Shown piece by piece: positions 11,901 through 25,700 of a DNA stretch of 64,000 nucleotides. The DNA lies in the NCBI GenBank assembly GCA_030390025.1, contig JASTWF010000368.1, forward strand, positions 1 to 64,000, given 5' to 3'. The notes beneath the pieces are model-generated. The model made no database searches. It was not told the origin of the DNA and was given only the letters and a program-made list of their open reading frames with translations. This DNA comes from Squalus acanthias. Lineage: Eukaryota. Each line of letters begins with the position of its first letter. Position 1 is the stretch's first letter. The position numbers and the translations under genes are program-made.

Positions 11901-12614
11901 TTTCAAATAAAGCTGTTGGACTATAACCTGGTGTTGTGCGACTTCTCACTTTTGTCCACCCCAGTCCAACACCGGCATCTGCGCATCACAATTAGATCAT
12001 GGCTGATCTGTATCTTAACTCCATTTATCCGCCTTGGTTCTGTAACCCTTAATACCCTTACCCAACAAAAATCTATCGATCTCAGCCTTGAAATTTTCAA
12101 TTGACCCCCCACCAGCCTCAACAGCTTTATTGGGGGAGAGAGTTCCAGATTTCCACTCCCCTTTGTGTGAAGAAGTGCTTCCTGACATCACCCCTGAACG
12201 GCCTGGCTCTAATTTTAAGGCTATGACCCCCACCAGAGGAAGCAGTTTCCCTCTCTATCTACCCTATCAACTCCTTTAATCATCTTAAACACCTTTATTA
12301 GATCACTCCTTAATCTTCTTAACTCGAGCGAATACAAGCCTCGTCTGTGCAACCTGTCCTCGGGCTCTCGATGTTGTGAGTATGACTATGTCAGGCTGTT
12401 GCTTGACTAGTCTGTGGGACAGCTCTCCCAGCTGTGAACCTAGACCCAGGTGTTAGTGAGGAGGGCATTCCCTGGGCAGACAAGGCAAGGATCAGGTGCG
12501 GATTCCTGTGTCATTCATTGCTGAGAGGTCAAGTCCAGAATCAATCACTGGATTCTTTCCTGATTCTTTCTGACGTAGGGGCTCATGGGACCAGTTCAGA
12601 GGGCTTTGTAAACC

Positions 12615-13485
12615 CTCTCTCTGTCTGTCTCTCTCTCTCTCTCTCTCTCGCTCTGTCCATCTCCCTGTCTGTCACTCTCTCTGTCTCTCTATCTGTCTCT
12701 CTCTGTCTCTCTCTCTGCCTTTCTCTCTGTCTCTGTCTCTCTCTCTGTCTCTCTCTGTCTCTCTCTGTCTCTTGCTCTCTCTCTGTCTCTCTATCTGGCT
12801 CTCCCTCTGTCTCTCTCTCTGCCTTTCTCTCTGTCTCTTGCTCTCTCTCTGTCTGTCTCTCTCTCTGTCTCTCTCTGTCTCTCTCTGTCTCTTGCTCTCT
12901 CTCTGTCTCTCTCTCTGTCTCTCTATCTGGCTCTCCCTCTGTCTCTCTCTCTGCCTTTCTCTCTGTCTCTTGCTCTCTCTCTGTCTCACTCTCTCCCTCT
13001 GTCTATCTGCCTTTCTCTCTCGCTCTGTCTCTCTCTGTCTCACTCTCTCACTCTGTCTCACACTCTCTAACTTTATCTCTCTCTGTCTCTCTCTCCTCTC
13101 TCTCTGTCTCTCTCACTCTCTTTCTCTCTGTCTCATTCTGTCTCTCTCTGTCGCTCTCTCTGCCTCTCTCTCCTCTCTGTCTCTCTTTCTGTCTCATTCT
13201 GTCTCTCTGTTTCATTCTATCTCTCTCTCTCTGTCCCTCTGTCTCCTTATATATCTCCCTCACTCTCTGCCTGGGTCTCTCTGTTTCTCTGTTCCTCTCT
13301 CACTCTGTTTTTCTCTCTCTCTGTCTCACACTCTCTTTGTCTCTAACTCTCGCTCTCTGTCTCTCACTCTCCGTCTCTCTCTCTGTCTGCCTGTCTCTCT
13401 TTCTATCTTTCTCTCTGTCCCTCTGTCTCACTCTTTGTCACTCTCTATGACAGTGTCTCTGTCCCACTCTCTCTCTCTTTCTCTG
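12615..13485 (+). repeat. (CT)n-rich low-complexity tract
   Basis: Seen directly. Confidence 0.95.
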
Positions 13486-13701
13486 AGGTAATTCAAAGGA
13501 CTAAGGATCATACAATCAGATCACTCCCCAGGGAGACGCACTATCCATTAATATAATGTGTTATTAATACAAGTGCTGACCTATCACAACACAGTGAATT
13601 AAAACCACAACAATGGTATGTCAATGTGCAACGCAGGATTGGAACTCCAAGCTCACAGTCATTCCAACACGCACCAAACACTCCCTCTGGCAAACTTGTC
13701 A

Positions 13702-16700
13702 GAATGCTCCTTTAATAGTGATTTCAGTGTGTGTGTGAGCCTGGGTGTGAAGGAACGCTCCTTTAATAGTGATTTCAGTGTGTGTGAGCCTGGGTGTGAA
13801 GGAACGCTCCTTTAATAGTGATTTCAGTGTGTGTGAGCCCGGGTGCGAAGGAACGCTCCTTCAATAGTGATTTCAGAGTGTGTGTGAGCCCGGGTGTGAA
13901 GGAACGCTCCTTTAATAGTGATTTCAGTGTGTGTGAGCCTGGGTGTGAAGGAACGCTCCTTTAATAGTGATTTCAGTGTGTGTGAGCCCGGGTGTGAAGG
14001 AACTCTCCTTTAATAGTGATTTCAGTGTGTGTGAGCCCGGGTGTGAAGGAACGCTCCTTTAATAGTGATTTCAGTGTGTGTGTGAGCCTGGGTGTGAAGG
14101 AACGCTCCTTTAATAGTGATTTCAGTGTGTGTGTGAGCCTGGGTGTGAAGGAACACTCCTTTAATAGTGATTTCAGTGTGTGTGTGAGCCTGGGTGTGAA
14201 GGAACACTCCTTTAATAGTGATTTCAGTGTGTGTGTGAGCCCGGGTGTGAAGGAACGCTCCTTTAATAGTGATTTCAGTGTGTGTGAGCCCGGGTGTGAA
14301 GGAACGCTCCTTTAATAGTGATTTCAGTGTGTGTGTGAGGCCGGGTGTGAAGGAACGCTCCTTTAATAGTGATTTCAGTGTGTGTGTGAGCCCGGGTGTG
14401 AAGGAACGCTCCTTTAATAGTGATTTCAGTGTGTGTGTGAGCCCGGGTGTGAAGGAACGCTCCTTTAATAGTGATTTCAGTGTGTGTGTGAGCCCGGGTG
14501 TGAAGGAACACTCCTTTAATAGTGATTTCAGTGTGTGTGAGAGCCCGGGTGTGAAGGAACGCTCCTTTAATAGTGATTTCAGTGTGTGTGTGAGCCCGGG
14601 TGTGAAGGTACGCTCCTTTAATAGTGATTTCAGTGTATGTGTGAGCCTGGGTGTGAAGGAACGCTCCTTTAAAAGTGATTTCAGTGTGTGTGTGAGCCCG
14701 GGTGTGTAGGAACGGTCCTTTAATAGTGATTTCAGTGTGTGTGTGAGCCTGGGTGTGAAGGAACACTCCTTTAATAGTGATTTCAGTGTGTGTGTGAGCC
14801 TGGGTGTGAAGGAACGCTCCTTTAATAGTGATTTCAGTGTATGTGTGAGCCCGGGTGTGAAGGAACGCTCCTTTAATAGTGATTGCAGTGTGTGTGTGAG
14901 CCTGGGTGTGAAGGAACGCTCCTTTAATAGTGATTTCAGTGTGTGTGAGAGCCCGGGTGTGAAGGAACGCTCCCTTAATAGTGATTGCAGTGTGTGTGTG
15001 AGCCTGGGTGTGAAGGAACGCTCCTTTAATAGTGATTTCAGTGTGTGTGTAAGCCTGGGTGTGAAGGAACGCACCTTTAATAGTGATTTCAGTGTGTGTG
15101 AGCCTGGGTGTGAAGGAATGCTCCTTTAATAGTGATTTCAGTGTGTGTGAGCCCGGGTGTGAAGGAACGCACCTTTAATAGTGATTTCAGTGTGTGTGTG
15201 AGCCTGGGTGTGAAGGAACGCACCTTTAATAGTGATTTCAGTGTGTGTGAGCCTGGGTGTGAAGGAATGCTCCTTTAATAGTGATTTCAGTGTGTGTGTG
15301 AGCCCGGGTGTGAAGGAACGCACCTTTAATAGTGATTTCAGTGTGTGTGTGAGCCTGGGTGTGAAGGAATGCTCCTTTAATAGTGATTTCAGTGTGTGTG
15401 TGAGCCCGGGTGTGAAGGAACGCTCCTTTAATAGTGATTTCAGTGTGTGTGTGAGCCTGGGTGTGAAGGAATGCTCCTTTAATAGTGATTTCAGTGTGTG
15501 TGTGAGCTCGGGTATGAAGGAATGGTCCTTTAATAATGATTTCAGTGTGTGTGAGCCCGGGTGCGAAGGAATGCTCATTTAATAGTGATTTCACTGTGTG
15601 TGTGAGCCCGGTGTGAAGGAACGCTCCTTTAATAGTGATTTCAGTGTGTGTGAGCCCGGGTGTGAAGGAACGCTCCTTTAATAGTGATTTCAGTGTGTGT
15701 GTGAGCCCGGGTGTGAAGGAACACTCCTTTAATAGTCATAACAGTGTGTGTGAGCCCGGGTGTGAAGGAACACTCCTTTAATAGTCATATCAGTGTGTGT
15801 GTGAGCCCGGGTGTGAAGGAACACGCCTTTAATAGTGATTTCAGTGTGTGTGAGCCCGGGTGTGAAGGAACGCTCCTTTAATCATGATTTCAGTGTGTGT
15901 GCGCCCGGGTGTGAAGGAACGCACCTTTATTAGTGATTTCAGTGTGTGTGTGAGCCCGGGTGTGAAGGAACGCTCCTTTAATAGTGATTTCAGTGTGTGT
16001 GAGAGCCCGGGTGTGAAGGAACGCTCCTTTAATAGTGATTTCAGTGTGTGTGTGAGCCCGGGTGTGAAGGAACACTCCTTTAATAGTGGTTTCTGTGTGT
16101 GTGAGCCTGGGTGTGAAGGAACGCTCCTTTAATAGTGATTTCAGTGTGTGTGAGCCCGGGTGTGAAGGAACGCTCCTTTAATAGTGAGTTCAGTGTGTGT
16201 GTGAGCCCGGGTGTGAAGGAACGCTCCTTTAATAGTGATTTCAGTGTGTGTGAGCCCGGGTGTGAAGGAACGCTCCTTTAATAGTGATTTCAGTGTGTGT
16301 GTGAGCCCGGGTGTGAAGGAACGCTCCTTTAATAGTGATTTCAGTGTGTGTGAGCCCGGGTGTGAAGGAACGCTCCTTTAATAGTGATTTCAGTGCGTGT
16401 GAGCCCGGGTGTGAAGGAACGCTCCTTTAATAGTGATTTCAGTGTGTGTGTGAGCCCGGGTGTGAAGGAACGCTCCTTTAATAGTGATTCAGTGTGTGTG
16501 AGCCTGGGTGTGAGTGAACGCTCCTTTAATAGTGATATCAGTGTGTGTGTGAGCCTGGCTGTGAAGGAACGCTCCTTTAATAGTGATTTCAGTGTGTGTG
16601 TGAGCCCGGGTGAGAAGGAACGCTCCTTTAATAGTGATTTCAGTGTGTTTGTGTCAGCCCAGGTGTGAAGGAACACTCCTTTAATAGTGATTTCAGTGTG

Positions 16701-19700
16701 TGTGAGCCCGGGTGTGAAGGAACGCTCCTTTAATAGTGATTTCAGTGTGTGTGTGAGCCCGGGTGTGAAGGAACGCTCCTTTAATAGTGATTTCAGTGTA
16801 TGTGTGAGCCCGGGTGTGAAGTAACGCTCCTTTAATAGTGATTGCAGTCTGTGTGTGTGAGCCCGGGTGTGAAGGAACGCTCCTTTAATAGTGATATCAG
16901 TGTGTAAGAGCCCGGGTGTGAAGGAACACTCCTTTAATAATGATTTCAGTGTGTGTGAGCCCGGGTGTGAAGGAACGCTCCTTTAATAGTGATTTCAGTG
17001 TGTGTGAGCCTGGGTGTGAGTGAACGCTCCTTTAATAGTGATATCAGTGTGTGTGTGAGCCTGGCTGTGAAGGAACGCTCCTTTAATAGTGATTTCAGTG
17101 TGAGAGAGCCCGGGTGTGAAGGAACACTCCTTTAATAGTGATTTCAGTGTGTTTGTGAGCCTGGGTGTGAAGGAACGCTCCTTTAATAGTGATTTCAGAG
17201 TGTGTGAGTCCGGGTGTGAAGGAACACTCCTTTAATCGTGATTTCAGTGTGTGTGTGAGCCCGGGTGTGAAGGAACACTCCTTTAATAGTGATTTCAGTG
17301 TGTGTGTGAGCCTGGGTGTGAAGGAACGCTCCTTTAATAGTGATTTCAGTGTGTGTGTGAGCCTGGGTGTGAAGGAACGCTCCTTTAATAGTGATTTCAG
17401 TGTGAGTGTGAGCCCGGGTGTGAAGGAACGCTCCTTTAATAGTGATTTCAGTGTGTGTGTGAGCCTGGGTGTGAAGGAACGCTCCTTTAATAGTGATTTC
17501 AGTGTGAGTGTGAGCCCGGGTGTGAAGGAACGCTCCTTTAATAGTGATTTCAGTGTGTGTGTGTGTGAGCCCAGGTGTGAAGGAACGCTCCTTTAATAGT
17601 GATTTCAGTGTGTGTGAGAGCCCGGGTGTGAAGGAACGCTCCTTTAATAGTGATTTCAGTGTGTGTGAGAGCCCGGGTGTGAAGGAACGCTCCTTTAATA
17701 GTGATTTCAGTGTGTGTGTGAGCCCGGGTGTGAAGGAACGCTCCTTTAATAGTGATTTCAGTGTGTGTGAGAGCCCGGGTGTGAAGGAACGCTCCTTTAA
17801 TAGTGATTTCAGTGTATGTGTGAGCCCGGGTGTGAAGTAACGCTCCTTTAATAGTGATTGCAGTCTGTGTGTGTGAGCCCGGGTGTGAAGGAACGCTCCT
17901 TTAATAGTGATATCAGTGTGTAAGAGCCCGGGTGTGAAGGAACACTCCTTTAATAATGATTTCAGTGTGTGTGAGCCCGGGTGTGAAGGAACGCTCCTTT
18001 AATAGTGATTTCAGTGTGTGTGAGCCTGGGTGTGAGTGAACGCTCCTTTAATAGTGATATCAGTGTGTGTGTGAGCCTGGCTGTGAAGGAACGCTCCTTT
18101 AATAGTGATTTCAGTGTGTGTGAGGCCGGCTGTGAAGGAACGCTCCTTTAATAGTGATTTCAGTGTGAGAGAGCCCGGGTGTGAAGGAACGCTCCTTTAA
18201 TAGTGATTTCAGTGTGTGTGTGAGCCCGGGTGTGAAGGAACGCTCCTTTAATAGTGATTTCAGTGTATGTGTGAGCCCGGGTGTGAAGTAACGCTCCTTT
18301 AATAGTGATTGCAGTCTGTGTGTGTGAGCCCGGGTGTGAAGGAACGCTCCTTTAATAGTGATATCAGTGTGTAAGAGCCCGGGTGTGAAGGAACACTCCT
18401 TTAATAATGATTTCAGTGTGTGTGAGCCCGGGTGTGAAGGAACGCTCCTTTCATAGTGATTTCAGTGTGTGTGAGCCTGGGTGTGAGTGAACGCTCCTTT
18501 AATAGTGATATCAGTGTGTGTGTGAGCCTGGCTGTGAAGGAACGCTCCTTTAATAGTGATTTCAGTGTGAGAGAGCCCGGGTGTGAAGGAACACTCCTTT
18601 AATAGTGATTTCAGTGTGTTTGTGAGCTCGAGTGTGAAGGAACGCTCCTTTAATAGTGATTTCAGTGTGTGTGAGCCCAGGTTTGAAGGAACACTCCTTT
18701 AATAGTGATTTCAGTGTATGTCTGTGAGCCCAGGTGTGAAGGAACACTCCTTTAATAGTGATTTCAGTGTATGTGTGAGCCCGGGTTTGAAGGAACGCTC
18801 CTTTAACAGTGATTTCAGTGTGTGTGTGAGCCCGGGTGTGAAGGAACGCTCCTTTAATAGTGATTTCAGTGTGTGTGAGCCCAGGTGTGAAGGAACGCTC
18901 CTTTAATAGTGATTTCAGTGTGTGTGTGAGCCTGGGTGTGAAGGAACGCTCCTTCAATAGTGATTTCAGTGTGTGAGAGCCCGGGTGTGAAGGAACACTC
19001 CTTTAATAATGATTTCAGTGTGTGTGAGCCCGGGTGTGAAGGAACGCTCCTTTAATAGTGATTTCAGTGTGTGTGAGCCTGGGTGTGAGTGAACGCTCCT
19101 TTAATAGTGATTTCAGTGTGTGTGAGCCTGGGTGTGAGTGAACGCTCCTTTAATAGTGATATCAGTGTGTGTGTGAGCCTGGCTGTGAAGGAACGCTCCT
19201 TTAATAGTGATTTCAGTGTGAGAGAGCCCGGGTGTGAAGGAACGCTCCTTTAATAGTGATTTCAGTGTGTTTGTGAGCTCGAGTGTGAAGGAACGCTCCT
19301 TTAATAGTGATTTCAGTGTGTTGAGTCCGGGTGTGAAGGAACGCTCCTTTTACAGTGATTTCAGTGTGTGTGAGCCCAGGTTTGAAGGAACACTCCTTTA
19401 ATAGTGATTTCAGTGTATGTCTGTGAGCCCAGGTGTGAAGGAACACTCCTTTAATAGTGATTTCAGTGTGTGTGTGAGCCCGGGTTTGAAGGAACGCTCC
19501 TTTAACAGTGATTTCAGTGTGTGTGTGAGCCCGGGTGTGAAGGAACGCTCCTTTAATAGTGATTTCAGTGTGTGTGAGCCCAGGTGTGAAGGAACGCTCC
19601 TTTAATAGTGATTTCAGTGTGTGTGTGAGCCTGCGTGTGAAGGAACGCTCCTTTAATAGTGATTTCAGTGTGTGTGAGCCCGGGTGTGAAGGAACGCTCC

Positions 19701-22700
19701 TTTAATAGTGATTTCAGTGTGTGTGTGAGCTCGGGTGTGAAGGAACGCTCCTTTGATAGTGATTTCAGTGTGTGTGAGCCCGGGTGTGAAGTAACGCTCC
19801 TTTAATAGTGATTTCAGTGTGTGTGTGAGCCCGGGTGTGAAGGAACACTCCTTTAATAGTGATTTCCGTGTGTGTGAGCCCAGGTGTGAAGGAACGCTCC
19901 TTTAATAGTGATTTCAGTGTGTGTGTGAGCCTGGGTGTGAAGGAACGCTCCTTTAATAGTGATTTCAGTGTGTGTGAGCCCGAGTGTGAAGGAACGCTCC
20001 TTTAATAGTGATTTCAGTGTGTGTGTGAGCCCGGGTGTGAAGGAACGCTCCTTTAATAGTGATTTCAGTGTGTATGTGAGCCCGGGTGTGAAGGCACGCT
20101 TCTTTAATAGTGATTTCAGTGCGTGTGAGCCCGGGTGTGAAGGAACGCTCCTTTAATAGTGATTTCAGTGTATGTCTGAGCCCGGGTGTGAAGGAACGCT
20201 CCTTTAATAGTGATTTCAGTGTATGTGTGAGCCCGGGTGTGAAGGAACGCTCCTTTAATAGTGATTTCAGTGTGTGTGTGAGCCCGGGTGTGAAGGAACG
20301 CTCCTTTAATAGTGATTTCAGTGTGTGTGTGAGCCTGGGTGTGAAGGAACACTCCTTTAATAGTTATTTCAGTGTGTGTGTGAGCCCGGGTGTGAAGGAA
20401 CGCTCCTTTAATAGTGATTTCAGTGTGTGTGTGTGTGAGCCCAGGTGTGAAGGAACGCTCCCTTAATAGTGATTTCAGTGTGTGTGTGAGCCCGGGTGTG
20501 AAGGAACGCTCCTTTCATAGTGATATCAGTGTGTGTGATTCCGTGTGTGAAGGAACGCTCCTTTAATAGTGATGTCAATGTGTGTGTGAGCCCAGGTGTG
20601 AAGGAACGCTCCTTTAATAGTGATTTCAGTGTGACTGTGAGTCCGGGTGTGAAGGAACGCTCCTTTAATAGTGATTTCAGTGTGTCTGTGAGTCCGGGTG
20701 TGAAGGAACGCTGCTTTAATAGTGATTTCAGTGCGTGTGTGAGCTCGGGTGTGAAGGAACGCTCCTTCAATAGTGATTTCAGTGTGTGTGTGTGTCCGGG
20801 TGTGAAGGAACGCTCCTTTAATAGTGATTTCAGTGTGTGTGTGAGCCCGGGTGTGAAGGAACGCTCCTATAATAGTGATTTCAGTGTGTGAGAGCCCGGG
20901 TTTGAAGGAACGCTCCTTTAATAGTGATTTCAGTGTGTGTGTGAGCCTGGGTGTGAAGGAACGCTCCTTTAATAGTGATTTCAGTGTGTGTGTGAGCCTG
21001 GGTGTGAAGGAACACTCCTTTAATAGTGATTTCAGTGTGTGTGTGAGCCTGGGTGTGAAGGAACACTCCTTTAATAGTGATTTCAGTGTGTGTGTGAGCC
21101 CGGGTGTGAAGGAACGCTCCTTTAATAGTGATTTCAGTGTGTGTGAGCCCGGGTGTGAAGGAACGCTCCTTTAATAGTGATTTCAGTGTGTGTGTGAGCC
21201 CGGGTGTGAAGGAACGCTCCTTTAATAGTGATTTCAGTGTGTGTGAGCCCGGGTGTGAAGGAACGCTCCTTTAATAGTGATTTCAGTGTGTGTGTGAGCC
21301 CGGGTGTGAAGGAACGCTCCTTTAATAGTGATTTCAGTGTGTGTGTGAGCCCGGGTGTGAAGGAACACTCCTTTAATAGTGATTTCAGTGTGTGTGAGAG
21401 CCCGGGTGTGAAGGAACGCTCCTTTAATAGTGATTTCAGTGTGTGTGTGAGCCCGGGTGTGAAGGAACGCTCCTTTAATAGTGATTTCAGTGTATGTGTG
21501 AGCCTGGGTGTGAAGGAACGCTCCTTTAATAGTGATTTCAGTGTGTGTGTGAGCCCGGGTGTGTAGGAACGGTCCTTTAATAGTGATTTCAGTGTGTGTG
21601 TGAGCCTGGGTGTGAAGGAACACTCCTTTAATAGTGATTTCAGTGTGTGTGAGCCTGGGTGTGAAGGAACGCTCCTTTAATAGTGATTTCAGTGTATGTG
21701 TGAGCCCGGGTGTGAAGGAACGCTCCTTTAATAGTGATTGCAGTGTGTGTGTGAGCCTGGGTGTGAAGGAACGCTCCTTTAATAGTGATTTCAGTGTGTG
21801 TGAGAGCCCGGGTGTGAAGGAACGCTCCTTAATAGTGATTTCAGTGTGTGTGTGAGCCTGGGTGTGAAGGAACGCTCCTTTAATAGTGATTTCAGTGTGT
21901 GTGTGAGCCCGGGTGTGAAGGAACGCTCCTTTAATAGTGATTTCAGTGTGTGTGAGCCTGGGTGTGAAGGAATGCTCCTTTAATAGTGATTTCAGTGTGT
22001 GTGAGCCCGGGTGTGAAGGAACGCTCCTTTAATAGTGATTTCAGTGTGTGTGTGAGCCTGGGTGTGAAGGAACGCTCCTTTAATAGTGATTTCAGTGTGT
22101 GTGAGCCCGGGTGTGAAGGAACGCTCCTTTAATAGTGATTTCAGTGTGTGTGTGAGCCCGGGTGTGAAGGAACGCTCCTTTAATAGTGATTTCAGTGTGT
22201 GTGTGAGCCTGGGTGTGAAGGAACGCTCCTTTAATAGTGATTTCAGTGTGTGTGTGAGCCCGGGTGTGAAGGAACGCTCCTTTAATAGTGATTTCAGTGT
22301 GTGTGTGAGCCCGGGTGTGAAGGAACGCTCCTTTAATAGTGATTTCAGTGTGTGTGTGAGCCCGGGTGTGAAGGAACGCTCCTTTAATAGTGATTTCAGT
22401 GTGTGTGAGCCCGGGTGTGAAGGAACGCTCCTTTAATAGTGATTTCAGTGTGTGTGTGAGCCCGGGTGTGAAGGAACGCTCCTTTAATAGTGATTTCAGT
22501 GTGTGTGAGCCCGGGTGTGAAGGAACGCTCCTTTAATAGTGATTTCAGTGTGTGTGTGAGCCCGGGTGTGAAGGAACACTCCTTTAATAGTGATATCAGT
22601 GTGTGTGAGCCCGGGTGTGAAGGAACACTCCTTTAATAGTGATATCAGTGTGTGTGTGAGCCCGGGTGTGAAGGAACACGCCTTTAATAGTGATTTCAGT

Positions 22701-25700
22701 GTGTGTGAGCCCGGGTGTGAAGGAACGCTCCTTTAATAGTGATTTCAGTGTGTGTGAGCCCGGGTGTGAAGGAACGCTCCTTTAATAGTGATTTCAGTGT
22801 GTGTGTGAGCCCGGGTGTGAAGGAACGCTCCTTTAATAGTGATTTCAGTGTGTGTGAGAGCCCGGGTGTGAAGGAACGCTCCTTTAATAGTGATTTCAGT
22901 GTGTGTGTGAGCCCGGGTGTGAAGGAACACTCCTTTAATAGTGATTTCAGTGTGTGTGAGCCTGGGTGTGAAGGAACGCTCCTTTAATAGTGATTTCAGT
23001 GTGTGTGAGCCCGGGTGTGAAGGAACGCTCCTTTAATAGTGATTTCAGTGTGTGTGTGAGCCCGGGTGTGAAGGAACGCTCCTTTAATAGTGATTTCAGT
23101 GTGTGTGAGCCCGGGTGTGAAGGAACGCTCCTTTAATAGTGATTTCAGTGTGTGTGTGAGCCCGGGTGTGAAGGAACGCTCCTTTAATAGTGATTTCAGT
23201 GTGTGTGAGCCCGGGTGTGAAGGAACGCTCCTTTAATAGTGATTTCAGTGTGTGTGAGCCCGGGTGTGAAGGAACGCTCCTTTAATAGTGATTTCAGTGT
23301 GTGTGTGAGCCCGGGTGTGAAGGAACGCTCCTTTAATAGTGATTCAGTGTGTGTGAGCCCTGGGTGTGAAGGAACGCTCCTTTAATAGTGATTTCAGTGT
23401 GTGTGTGAGCCTGGCTGTGAAGGAACGCTCCTTTAATAGTGATTTCAGTGTGTGTGTGAGCCCGGGTGTGAAGGAACGCTCCTTTAATAGTGATTTCAGT
23501 GTGTGTGTGAGCCAGGGTGTGAAGGAACACTCCTTTAATAGTGATTTCAGTGTGTGTGTGAGCCCGGGTGTGAAGGAACGCTCCTTTAATAGTGATTTCA
23601 GTGTGTGTGTGAGCCCGGGTGTGAAGGAACGCTCCTTTAATAGTGATTTCAGTGTGTGTGTGAGCCCGGGTGTGAAGGAACGCTCCTTTAATAGTGATTT
23701 CAGTGTGTGTGTGAGCCCGGGTGTGAAGGAACGCTCCTTTAATAGTGATTTCAGTGTGTGTGAGCCCGGGTGTGAAGGAACGCTCCTTTAATAGTGATTT
23801 CAGTGTGTGTGAGCCCGGGTGTGAAGGAACGCTCCTTTAATAGTGATTTCAGTGTGTGTGAGCCTGGGTGTGAAGGAACGCTCCTTTAATAGTGATATCA
23901 GTGTGTGTGTGAGCCTGGCTGTGAAGGAACGCTCCTTTAATAGTGATTTCAGTGTGTGAGAGCCCAGGTGTGAAGGAACGCTCCTTTAATAGTGATTTCA
24001 GTGTGTGTGTGAGCCTGGGTGTGAAGGAACGCTCCTTTAATAGTGATTTCAGTGTGTGAGTCCGGGTGTGAAGGAACACTCCTTTAATAGTGATTTCAGT
24101 GTGTGTGTGAGCCCGGGTGTGAAGGAACACTCCTTTAATAGTGATTTCAGTGTGTGTGTGAGCCTGGGTGTGAAGGAACGCTCCTTTAATAGTGATTTCA
24201 GTGTGTGTGTGAGCCTGGGTGTGAAGGAACGCTCCTTTAATAGTGATTTCAGTGTGAGTGTGAGCCCGGGTGTGAAGGAACGCTCCTTTAATAGTGATTT
24301 CAGTGTGTGTGTGAGCCTGGGTGTGAAGGAACGCTCCTTTAATAGTGATTTCAGTGTGAGTGTGAGCCCGGGTGTGAAGGAACGCTCCTTTAATAGTGAT
24401 TTCAGTGTGTGTGTGTGAGCCCAGGTGTGAAGGAACGCTCCTTTAATAGTGATTTCAGTGTGTGTGAGAGCCCGGGTGTGAAGGAACGCTCCTTTAATAG
24501 TGATTTCAGTGTGTGTGAGAGCCCGGGTGTGAAGGAACGCTCCTTTAATAGTGATTTCAGTGTGTGTGTGAGCCCGGGTGTGAAGGAACGCTCCTTTAAT
24601 AGTGATTTCAGTGTGTGTGAGAGCCCGGGTGTGAAGGAACGCTCCTTTAATAGTGATTTCAGTGTGTGTGTGAGCCCGGGTGTGAAGGAACGCTCCTTTA
24701 ATAGTGATTTCAGTGTGTGTGTGAGCCCGGGTGTGAAGGAACGCTCCTTTAATAGTGATTTCAGTGTGTGTGTGAGCCCGGGTGTGAAGGAACACTCCTT
24801 TAATAGTGATTTCAGTGTGTGTGTGAGCCCGGGTGTGAAGGAACGCTCCTTTAATAGTGATTTCAGTGTGTGTGAGTCCGGGTGTGAAGGAACGCTCCTT
24901 TAATAGTGATTTCAGTGTGTGTGTGAGCCCGGGTGTGAAGGAACGCTCCTTTAATAGTGATTTCAGTGTGTGTGAGCCGGGTGTGAAGGAACGCTCCTTT
25001 AATAGTGATTTCAGTGTGTGTGAGCCCGGGTGTGAAGGAACGCTCCTTTAATAGTGATTTCAGTGTGTGTGTGAGCCCGGGTGTGAAGGAACGCTCCTTT
25101 AATAGTGATTTCAGTGTGTGTGAGCCCGGGTGTGAAGGAACGCTCCTTTAATAGTGATTTCAGCTGTGTGTGTGAGCCCGGGTGTGAAGGAACGCTCCTT
25201 TAATAGTGATTTCAGTGTGTGTGAGCCCGGGTGTGAAGGAACACTCCTTTAATAGTGATTTCAGTGTGTGTGAGCCCGGGTGTGAAGGAACGCTCCTTTA
25301 ATAGTGATTTCAGTGTGTGTGAGCCTGGGTGTGAGGAACGCTCCTTTAATAGTGATTTCAGTGTGTGTGTGAGCCTGGGTGTGAAGGAACGCTCCTTTAA
25401 TAGTGATTTCAGTGTGTGTGAGAGCCCGGGTGTGAAGGAACACTCCTTTAATAGTGATTTCAGTGTGTGTGTGAGCCGAGTGTGAAGGAACGCTCCTTTA
25501 ATAGTGATTTCAGTGTGTGTGTGAGCCCAGGTTTGAAGGAACACTCCTTTAATAGTGATTTCAGTGTATGTCTGTGAGCCCAGGTGTGAAGGAACACTCC
25601 TTTAATAGTGATTTCAGTGTATGTGTGAGCCCGGGTTTGAAGGAACGCTCCTTTAACAGTGATTTCAGTGTGTGTGTGAGCCCGGGTGTGAAGGAACGCT

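Larger units (their letters stand above)
10312..11990 (-). mobile_element. Penelope-like element, 5'-truncated, with a GIY-YIG endonuclease C-terminus and an inverted terminal copy (~11818-11990)
   Basis: ORF 11531-11854 reads AWYIGETMQTLRQRMNGH...EHF...EQKLVAKFRTHEDGLN. The termini are inverted repeats. ATTAGATCAT is duplicated at 10302-10311 and 11991-12000. Confidence 0.92.
10245..12362 (-). mobile_element. CR1 3' fragment (10245-10311 plus 11991-12362) hosting a Penelope insertion
   Basis: CR1 3'UTR/tail sequence is continuous across the Penelope junctions. ORF 12015-12233 ends FKAEIDRFLLGKGIKGY. Confidence 0.85.
10000..12470 (-). mobile_element. LINE AP-endonuclease N-terminal fragment split by nested insertions (pieces 12363-12470 and 10000-10244)
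   Basis: Minus reads LGELSHRLVKQQPDIVILT, then RPTRGGGTVVY...LLLITTYRPPSADQSVL (APE GGG and YRPP motifs). Confidence 0.75.

Noticed and set aside
12434..13491. 338 aa and 239 aa ORFs
   Set aside because: Low-complexity CT tract.
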